Both the position numbers and the translations under genes were made by a program. Under the pieces are notes generated by a model. The model worked only from the letters and a program-made list of their open reading frames with translations, was not told the origin of the DNA and searched no databases. Shown piece after piece: positions 1 to 10,400 of a DNA stretch of 64,000 nt. The stretch is taken from NCBI GenBank assembly GCA_001179505.1, contig CDMY01000292.1:62001-126000 (forward strand), written 5' to 3'. The DNA is from Vitrella brassicaformis CCMP3155 (Eukaryota; Protista; Chromerida). The number at the start of each line of letters is the position of its first letter. The stretch's first letter is position 1.

Positions 1-429
1 ATGCTTTTGAATGGCCGAACTAAGACAGACATCCGACACCGTTGATTGAACACCGTGCAGTGCACTAACGGTCTCGCCACTGAGTTGCTGTCGACGCATT
101 TGTCCGTCTTTAGCTGACTGACTTCATTGCCAGACTCTCACACCTCAGAGATGAAGGAAGCTTCACTTCCATTCGTCCTAGCTCTTCTTCTCTCTATCAG
201 ATTCTCACCTACACAGACGCCCTCCCAGGGAATCACCCAAACCAATATGAGACGGTATCCACAAACACCACACCGCAGCGACACCCTCGCCAAATCAATC
301 ACTCTCTCATCGGATATGGCCGGCCGGTCAGGAAAAGGGGGAACAAGACACTCTCAAACCTTCTCTGTCGGCTGTTCTCGCTTGCTGTGCTGTACATCAC
401 ACCCCTCTACCTACATAATGGCTTCACAG

Positions 430-3400
430 TCAGCTGTCTGCTAGCTGACTAACAGGGGCCCAAATCGCCCCCCTTCCCGCCGTGTTGCGGACCTCACTCT
501 CGCCATCCCTCTTCGTCTCCATCTCATTGCTCACCGGCGGCGGCCTCTCACCGCTGCCCCCCACACGCACACGAGCCCGCGCCTTTCTCGGCTGCCCATC
601 GTCTAGGCCGTTGCTCATTGTCACGTTGCTGTTAGCCAGCATTGTTGGCGCACCGACAGCAGCAGCACCACCACCAGCAGCGTAAGGGGTGGTGAGTGGT
701 GAGGGGAACATCCGGCCTCCCAGCAGGTCAAGCAGGAGAGCCTGCTGCAGCTGCTGGATCTGCGCGGCGTTGAGAGAGCCGGCATCAGCGAAGAAGGCCG
801 ACACCTTGTCGTTGAGCTCTTTCTCCAGCTGGCGCAGGCCCTCCTGCTGCATGGACAGCGACCCCATCACCCTTGGGTCGAGCAGAAAGGACGGCACAGA
901 GGGGAAGGAGGGGAACGGACTGACGGCCGAGGGCATCAACAGAGGCGACACTGATGCCATTCCGGGGGCGAAGAAGGGGGATGATGCTGCTGCTGGTGTG
1001 GTTGTGTTGTCGCCGTCGCTGCCCTCGCCAAACCGCCTTCTGGAGAGGCTGAGGCGCTTCTGGCTGCCCTCCCTGAACGACCGGGACGAGTCGTGCGTCC
1101 GCAGCAACGTCGCCCTCCGCTCTCGAATTGCAGGCGGGCTCGACCTGCTGCTGCCGCTGGTGCCCCGCTGCTCATCGGTCTCTTCTCGCCGTTGCTCACT
1201 CGTAGCATCCTCATGGTTGTTGCCGGCAGCAGCAGCAGCAGCAGCGGGAGGGTCGCTCCGTTGCCTCTCTGCCGACCTGTTTCTCTTCGGGTGTCTTCTG
1301 AGGGACCTGCTGAGGGTCTGGGAGACCTGCTGAATGCGGTCCTTGAGTGTTGGGGCGGCGGGTCGGGCTGATGACGGCTCGCGCGCAAAGCGCTTCCACG
1401 AGAGGGAGGGGGCTTGCGCAGCTCTGAACGAACCAACGAGGGAAGGACAATGGGACAGATGGACACACAGCTCTCTTCGGCAGATGTTGTAGAGTTCTTC
1501 TCACCTGTCGGTGACGGATTGCGATTGCTCATACGCATGGATGGGTGGGTATTTCCTGTGGGCCGCGGTGGCGGGGGCCGTGTCGTAGACCATGTCGGCG
1601 AGGGCGTTGAGTTGGTGGGCATCCATGCCCTCTGGCAGGTTGTGCAGCAGCTCGCTGATGTCGTCTTCGTACGAGTAGAGCTCACTGGCGCTCTCCTCAT
1701 CCAGCAACATGCCACCCTGACGACAGAAACGCAAAATGGATGTGCTGCTGCACATCCCACCCTCTCTCTCTCTCTAGCGGTGTGTGTGAGTTGGCCACCC
1801 ACCCGTGGCTGCAGTTGCATGGCCTTCTCGAACTCTCGTCTGGCCCGCCGCCTGCCGATGACGCCGCGGACAGTGCGGATGACGGGAGGAGCCACCACCA
1901 ACGCACCCACACCACCTGGACCAGTGCACACACATGGGTCAGCTTCGGTACAGGTGTGTCATGTCCGGCCAGCTGCTTACCGATGGCGAGCACTCTGACA
2001 GGGACTGGCAAAGCGATCAGAAAACTCTGACACGACCTGCACACAAGGGGTGACAGAAACAACGTGAAATGCAGCCGTATAAGTGCCTTGGTACGGAGCT
2101 GCATACGTCCTTACTTGGAGAGGTTTGTGAGTCTTGTGTATTGGTTCTTGAAGAACATGAAGATGGCTGGGATGTCGAGCAGCTCCTTGAGTATCTCGAT
2201 GAGGATCTCGAGCGTGATGAGGAAGATGACCGTCTGGCCCTCCTTGTGGGTCTGCTGCACAGACAGCTCGTCGTTCAGGATCTCATACAAATCCTACACA
2301 CCACCACACACACCACCACACATCCATCGGTGTGTGTGAGTGTGTTTCGTGTCTTGTCTGTGTCGAGCGGCTGACTTTGATGATGTCGAGTCGTTGGTTG
2401 AGTATATCGGCTCTCTCGCTGACGCCCAGGTAGGTCCTTCCCAGTCGGTAGAGGTTCTCCCACTCGTCAAACTCCCACAGAATCTCTGGCGTGTCCAGAA
2501 TGTCAGTCTGCCATTCATTCATCGCACAGCATTGTGGAGAGAACGGCGTGTGTGCGGCTCGTGTGTTGTGTGTTGGTGGGTGGCTGCTTGCCTGTAGGTT
2601 GACGTTGGCTCTGAGGACGAACAGCCTGCCCAGCTGTCGTGCGATGGATCGCCTGCTCATCCAGGTGGTGCCGTCGCGAGCCATCGACTCCGGGATGCGG
2701 CGGGTCCTGAAATCAGGGAGCCAGCGATGACATTCACACATTTCTTGTGTCGGTGGTGGGCGGCCAACGACGCACCCACCTTTCGATGGTGTCTTCAATG
2801 ATGTTCTCAAACACGGCCAACTTGATTGACTTACATACGCCAGACACATAGAGGAAGAATGCCGCTGAGGCCAGGCCAGCGCACCAAGCACGGCTGCCGT
2901 GTGTGATGTGAATGGTGGGCAGGGCATACCTGTGCGAGTGCGTATGAGTAGGCGAGCTTCTCGAATGTGTTGGACGTCACCAGGAAGAAGGCGTCACGCC
3001 CTACACACATACACAGAAACAGAGGTGCACCTCGCCAGACTGGTGTCCGTGCATCTGTGTGTGTGTGTGGGTGGGTGTGCGTACGTATTTGTGGTCTGTC
3101 CTCCGAGAAGACAAACTTCATCTCATCCTCCTCCAAGTCAACCTCAGGAGCTGACAGCACACAACACACCACACAAGTGTGAGTGATACTGATACGCACT
3201 TGTGTGTGGGTGACCATAGGACTGGCATCCACTCACCAGGTTGGAATACGAACGGCCGTATGAGCAGCCTCAGCTCCAGCCGCTGCTTGGCGTTGAGGTC
3301 CCACCCCACCATGCACCCAAACCGAAAGAAAAACACATCGCGGCTGCCGAATGCCTGACGAGTCACAGACAGAAGCAGATGGACGGTGCTGCGTTGAGTG

Positions 3401-4119
3401 TCATTTGTGTGCTGACCTTAGCGAATATGACCTCCTCGAAGACGCTGGTGACCTTCAGTGGGTGCTCCTGGCCGGGAGCCAACTCGGGCAAGTTCCTCTC
3501 TGCACCAACACAACACAAATAAACCGACAGCGAATGAACGATTTTCTCTGTCTGTCTGTATGTGTGTGCTGGCCGCACTCACTGACCATCGAAAGCCTCC
3601 TCAATCTCCTCCAGATCCAGCGACGCACCTGCACAAACAGACAAACAGACAAACAGACAAACAGACAAACAGACAAACAGACAAACAGACAAACAGACAA
3701 ACAAACAAAGAAACAGACACACAGACAGACAAACAAGCAAAGCAGACAGACACAACGACACGTACCCATCACAGAAATGTGACTGTCAGTCATCCCATCT
3801 GCCATTGCCCTCTCTGCTGACCGAGGCAGACGCCATAGACATCCCCGTCAGGTTTGATCTGCTCGTCAAACAGGCTCTTCCGCAGACTCCGTCTTCTCGC
3901 CGCCGCGCCCCTCTTGGCCACAGTGCGGTCGCCCCTGTCGCGATGGTCAACCATCACCAACACACCTGCTGGACCACTCCGTGGGAGCCGCAGCCGCCGC
4001 TGGACACCCCGCCTGGCTCCCATGGTTTGAGGTGTGGCCGGTGACGGAGCGAAGGCCGTAGAGGGAAATGCGGCGCGCGTGAGAATGGGCGAGAGAAGCA
4101 GCAGGCAGAGGCGCTTCAT
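430..4119 (-). CDS. RMND1/Sif2 (DUF155) family protein with signal+transit-like leader and long low-complexity C-terminal extension; multi-exon
   Basis: Spliced exons give DUF155 motifs VFFFRFGCMVGW, LAYSYALAQ|SIKLAVFENIIEDTIE, MSRRSIARQLGRLFVLRANVNL, DILDTPEILWE..E.LY..GR.YL.VSERADILNQRLD and a C-terminal TM. ATG 4119 starts MKRLCLLLLSPILTRAAFPSTAFAP. The apparent stop at 2111 lies in a GTAAG donor; the intron is phase-compatible with the downstream exons, which run to stop 430. Confidence 0.8.
3634..3702. repeat. Intronic 8-mer tandem repeat (CAAACAGA)x~8
   Basis: Directly visible perfect repeat inside a DUF155 intron. Confidence 0.95.
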
Positions 4120-4438
4120 CGTCGTTGTTTCATCGCAGTTTGATTGCCAGTCAATGTGTGCGAGCTTGGACCGACGAGAAGGGAAGGGAAGGCGAGTCCT
4201 TTTCGAAACCGGGAAGCTTCCTCGTCGGCTGCCAGCGGCTGTGACTGTGTGTTGATTCGTCGAGTGAATCACTGGCGAGGATGGAGAGCCGACTGTGAGC
4301 TGTGTAGCGTGTAGACCTGAGGCCAAGGAGTGCCTCGAGGGCGTCAAAGACGGGTCACACAGGTCAGTCACCGCACCAAACAGACAGCAGCGGCGGCGAA
4401 AGGCGAAGGACACGCAAGCAATTCAGTCTGGTGTGCAG

Positions 4439-7400
4439 ATGAAGTCGTTGTCTGGCTCGTCTGGGAGGCGCCGGGCGGCGGCTGCCTCTTCTCGGTCGCC
4501 AGTGGATGACATGCCTTCGTCAAGCCAGGTAAATGGCAACGATGAACTTGACTCGACGTAACATGCATGTGGTCTCCTGTGTGCGTGTGCTTGATCCACT
4601 CAGAGTCAGCAGAAGCCCTCCTACGAACGGCAGCTAGACGCCCTACTCAGTCCGCAAGGCTTCTCGCTCGGCGAGATGTACGACGGGGATGGGCGGGAGT
4701 GCGACGGCCCCGCCAACCGACAGCTGGCTTCTATGATTTTGTGCCGCACCCCTGACGCAGACTCGCAAGTCTCAGCACTCTGCAGTCATGAGAGAGGGGC
4801 TGACCCGTCTGCTGCCATCAGTATTGCCCTGAACGAACGGCTGGCGGCACCCATCAGCCTCCTGTCGATGGCCATCGACGACGAGACGGACAGCTCAAGT
4901 CCTATGTGGCTGTTTACTGCCGACAAGGGGCTGCATGATGACAGGCGGCTCGACCTCCCTCTGTGGCCATCTCGCGAGGTGCAGCGGGCGGTGCTCGAGG
5001 CGCTGATCGAGGCTGGGGCTGATGTGAACGGCGGGGACCCGAGACCCCTCGCCGTGGCACGCTGGTGCGCCAATCTGACCGCTGTGGAGGTGCTGCTCAA
5101 GCGTGGGGCGGCTGTGCGAGGCCTGCAGCTGGGCCACCTCCCGAATCCATGTCTCCTTCCCCCGTCCCCCGGCCCCCAGTATTACAGCGCCCTTCTCGAC
5201 GTCTACCGCCGGCTGTTCGACCACGACCGGACACTGGCAACCGAGCAGCTCGAGGACAGCGGGGCCACCCCCATGTACATAGCAGGTTCAGCAGGGTCGC
5301 CCTCACTGCCGACAGACGTCATGTGCTCGTACCTCGACCTGCTGGCGGAGCACGGCGCCTCCCTCACTGCCAGAAATGGGAAGGGCTTCACGCCCCTCGA
5401 TCGCGCCGTCCTTATGGGTGCGCCTTGTGTGGTCGAGTGGATGTGTGAGCGGCTCGGGGCGGAGGAGATCAACAGGAAGAATGGGAAGGGTTTCCTGCCA
5501 CTAGAGCTCGCGGGCTATGATCTGTCGAAGGAGAAGCGCCCGGCTGACTACATCGACAAACGCAAGCAGGTGGTCTGCGTGCTGCTTCAGCATGGCGCGT
5601 CCCCCGACAGCATGCGCACTGACAACCCCATGCAGCGGCGAGCATACAGCTTGGTGTCGGACATAGACCGAGAGATGCGCCAGCGGCCCCCTCCCCCATC
5701 CCCCTCGCCCCGCTGCCCTCCCCCCATCGTCGAGTTCTCGTACCCCCCCCGCCTCACGGCAGCAGCAGCAGCTCTCGGCAGAAGTCAAGCAGGTGGCAAA
5801 ACCAGCCAAGACCATGGCCAATAAGGCGAGCAGCACCGACTCTGTGAAAGTCAGTGCGGTCAAGAAGGCGTCCACTCCTGGTGGGCTGATGGATACGATC
5901 GGCTTCGCCTTCGAGGTCACCGGCCTGCAGCACACTCAGTGGGCGGCTGCCGCGACAGACACGGCACTGCAGACGGCACTGTCAGCCGGGCGGGCCGTCG
6001 TGGATTCAGTGGTGGCCTCATCCCAGTGGGCGGAGATTGTTCGTCCGACAGACCCCATAGACCCCGGCAAGAACATGCTGACCTACTTGCAGCGAATCGC
6101 AGGTATGCAGGCGGGGAGGCGGGCGGGGCAAGGGAAGTGGGTGCGTGCTAATCCTTGCCTTTCCCTTCTCTTCCTATGTTGCGTGCTAATCCTTGCCTTT
6201 CCCTTCTCTTCCTATGTGTGACAGAGTCTGTGAACACTGAGCAGCAAGCTGCTCGCGATGCGGCTGCTCCTCATGCACCAACCCGACCCGACCGACCCGC
6301 CCTTCTCCCCACCGCGGTGATTTTCATCCGGTCGGTCATGGGAGCAGATATACGAAGGCGTGACTTTTCTCGCCCGTCGACCGAAGAGCAGTTCGCCTTG
6401 CGGCAGCTGAGGACGGCAACCGAGGCCACCTGTGGCGCCGGCGGGGAGCGTGTGGGACTCAAAATGGCTACCCACGATGCATTCGGCTCGGCCAACTTGC
6501 CCGTCGTGTGGGCTGGCGCAGTGGGCTTCGAGGAGCTGACAGAGGCGTGCATGAGCATGTTTGCCATCCTGCTGGGCGGCCTGTCGAAGTTCCAGCGGCG
6601 CGCCATTACGAGCGTAGCCAATTGTTGGGAAGATGCTCTTCAAGATGCCTTCGAAGGGTCCGCAGCAGCAGACAGTGGTCTTCTCGCACTCCCAGACACT
6701 CCCAGCAAGGTGAACCGACAGACGTGCTGCGCATCGGCTGACCCACTCATCCTTCCCTTGTGTGTCGTTCTGTCTGATCTGACCAGTCTGGCGCTGCTGT
6801 GTTCACAGGCGTCTCATCGTCCTCGTCGTCGGCCGCCCCGCCCCCCATCTCACCCCTCCCGCCCTCATCCCTCGGCCTTCCAGGCTGGATGTCGCCAGAC
6901 ACCTCACGTCCATCATCGTCCGGCGTACCTCAGCCACGCCTCAGCGGGTCAGCTGGGTCGGCGTCCCACCGGCCGCTGTCGTTTGAGGAGGACGTGCAGC
7001 GGGCGACCAACGTGGCCGGGATCCTGGTGCGGCTTCTCCGCCTCGTTGCGGCCGCCATGCCAGGCCAGGGAAGAAGCTTTGACGGCCTCGCAGTCTGCAA
7101 GAAGCGATCAGCCGGCGGCCGTCCTGTCGACACCATCGGCTTCGACTTTCGCGACGATGCTGGCGTGACCTTCTGGGCTCGGTCGCTGTCGGACGCCAGT
7201 GTGTGCCGGGCGCTGCAAGATGCCTGTCTATCGCGGGGCCTTGTCATCGACATCGCTCTCCGCCAGCCAGAGATTGACTCCGGGTGGATTGATGGCGATT
7301 CAGTTTGCCACGATGTCACTGCCGAGGCCCCCGATGAGGCCGCGCCTGACGTGGTCGTCTTTACCGCCCAGCGCACGGATGTCGATGGCACGCTGGTCGC

Positions 7401-10400
7401 CATCGTCCCGGCCCACTATCGGTCTCGGCCTCAAGTGTGGCGTGATGGTGGTGCTGCAGAGCAAGCCGTCGCAACTGCCCGGAGGCTGGTGGACACGTGC
7501 CATGAGCAGCAGGGAGGAGAGGAGAAGCCGCTGGTGGTGGTCCAAGAGGATCCGGCGGGGCTGACGGCAGCGCAGTCCTCCATCAAGGTTGGTTTTGCCG
7601 CGCACATGCCCTCTGTGGGGGTGCTGATGTCCAAGGACGCCGTCAAGCGGACCTGGGCGGCCTCTTTGGAAGCGTCGGATGTGAAAGTGGCACTAGTCAC
7701 GCTCACCTCTGCTGGGACAGGTACTCACGCAAGAGTACCAGTAAATAGTTCGCCATCCCTCTGGCTGCCACTGTGTCTTTGGTGCATCTGTGTGCAGGTG
7801 CTGAGAGTGCGAGTGCCTCCACTTCGTCATCCTCATCGGCCGCCCCGCCCCCCATCTCACCGCTGCTGCCCTCAGCACACGACGGCACCATGGGCAAGAA
7901 GAACAATACCAAGACCACCATCCACGCGAGCAGCAACCAGCCACTCGAGACGAGAGCAGCGGAGGGCGTCGGGCGGCTGGCAGATGGGGGCATCACAGCG
8001 GGTCGGCGAGGCAGCGGGCGGCAGGGGCACTCTGCCGGCAAATGGGTGTCGTCTGAGGCGATGGATGAAGAGACGGCCCGGTCACCGACGAGTGCACACA
8101 GGTGGGCGGTGGCCAGACAGCCGCGGAGAGGGCAGCAATGCCATGACCATGGTTTCCTGCCGAGTCTCAGTCCTCTGGTTGACACCATGGCATCCTCATC
8201 CTCATCTGCTGCGCCCTTTCTGTAAGCCATGCGCCACAGTGACAGTCAACAAATAGAGTCAACAGAGGACTTGTCTTGGTGTTTTCGTTTGTCAGTGCGC
8301 CGGTCGCGGATGCATCTCCGTCTAACGCTGCTGGGGCGTCGACAAATCTCAGACTGCCCAAAGGCAGCAACAGGGTACGCAATTTGCGAGGAATGAGACT
8401 CAGTATATATGGGGAATCGATTCACATGTCCTCTGTCCCTTGCGTTCTGTTTTTCAGGCATCTGAGAATGGTGTCAATGCTTCTCATTTGGAGCAAGTGG
8501 AGAGGCTGCTGGGGCCTCAAGGCCTTTCTCTGGCGAGCTACGACATTAAATGCGAGACGCCGGAGGCCACGAGTGCCTCTGCCTCTCGAGAGCTGCTGTG
8601 TCGGACCATGTGCCGCAGCCTCACAGGTGACGAGGTCTTGCGGCTGTGTCGAGAGGAAGGAGCGGATGCGACTACGACGCTTGAGACCAAAGGCCGCAGC
8701 CAGTGACGGTTTTGAACGGTGAAGGGGAGCCACTGATCCACCACCTCCGGCCAGCCCCTGTGAGCGTGCTGTGCCTCGCAGTTGACGACGAGTTCGACAG
8801 CCGTCCTGCCCTCTGGTCGGCTGTGACCCAGCGCGTCAAGCTCCCCGCGTGGCCCTCTCGCCGAGTGCAGCGAGATGTCCTGGATGCGCTCGTCAAATGC
8901 GGTGCTGACGTGAATGGAGGCACGCGATGCGTCAGGCCCCTCAGTGTGGCCCACATGATGGCCAACGTCACGGCGACCGAGGTGCTGCTGGACAGTGGGG
9001 CTGCTGTGCGTGATGAAGGGGATGATGCCCCGCTGGTCAAGACGTCGGATGGGACACAAACAAGATCCTCGGGGCTGGCGATCGGCTTCACCCCCAGAAA
9101 TGCAGCCCCGTCACATCCCACACCTGCATACGAGACAGCCCTGCTCGAAGTCTATCGTCGGCTGTTCGAGTACGAACGGACACTGGCGAGCCGCCACTTC
9201 TCTGGGAAGACGGCCATGCACCGTGCCTGCCTGGCCCCGCCCGGCTTGTCGACAGCCTTCATGCGCGGCTATCTCGACTTGTTGGAGGCCAATGGTGCCT
9301 CCCTCGATGCCAGAACCGATAATGACTCGACGCCATTGAGCATGGCTGTGAGGTGTGGTGACGCTGGCCCCCCAGTGGTCGAGTGGCTGTGTGAGCGGCT
9401 CGGGCCCGACGAGATAAACAGCGAGAACAACAATGCTGTGGGGCTGCAAAGGACGGCACTGGGTGCGGCGGCGCATCGCCTCGCGGAGCAGCTCAGCGAA
9501 GAGGGGACCCCGCCCGAAAAGATCGACCGGCAAAGGCAGATCATCCGCACACTGCTGCGATATGGTGCGGACATCGGCCTCCTCCCCACCGACCATTCCA
9601 GCCGGCGATACGCGCGCAACCTAGTGCTGGAGATCCAGCAAGGGATGCAGCAGTCTGCGGCGAAGGGTGCGGGTGGCTCTGAGGCGAGTGGGTCGTCAGT
9701 GCCCTCCACCGCTCCGTCCACAAGGTAAGTAGGCAAGAACCATGCACACCAACTGCGGCTGACGAATGTCTTAGTGTTTCTCTCTATGGATGTGTGTGGT
9801 GTGTGTGTAGCCGGTCAGGTGCTCCGATCGACGAGGACGCCCGTCAGCCGTCTTCGTCAAGTGCCCATACGTGAGCCGTACACTCAAACGACGCGATGGA
9901 CAGCGCCATATCATCAGTCTTACATCTTTCGTCGCTCTTTGTGGCTGCTCTCCTCTTTGCAGTAGTGCTGCTGTGGCCTCTGCTGCTGCCAGTGAATCTG
10001 CCCCTGTGCAGTCGACTGCCGAGAGATGGAAGGACGCTGGCAATGCTCTGTTTGCGGCCGAAAAGTATCTCGACGCCTACTGCTCGTATCTCAAGGTGCC
10101 CCTCACACAGTGACTGTGACGTATGACCCGTAGATGGACACGGCTTCCTGCTGTTGTCTCTCCATATGGTGTCAGGGCATCCGAGCGGAGCGTGAGACTA
10201 TCGCTGAGCTGCTCATTCGCCGCTCCCAGTGCCTCATCGGGCTGGGGAGCTACCTCGCTGCCTTCATCGACGTCACCACCGCTCTCCGCATCCTCCCGCC
10301 CCCACACTCCATCGAGCCAGGCGGCAAGTACGCCATCCTCCAGGAGAACGCCGTGAAGCTCTACAAGCCCCTCATCGCGCAGCTCACCGGTGCAGCTTTC

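Noticed and set aside
3634-3702. Short tandem arrays as CRISPR or telomeric repeats
   Set aside because: No spacers and no cas genes; they are intronic simple repeats in a eukaryotic genome.
2111-9728. In-frame stops inside GTAAG donors as a dedicated regulatory system
   Set aside because: GTAAG/GTGAG inherently contain TAA/TGA, so an in-frame stop is expected in about one phase out of three; used only as gene-model evidence.
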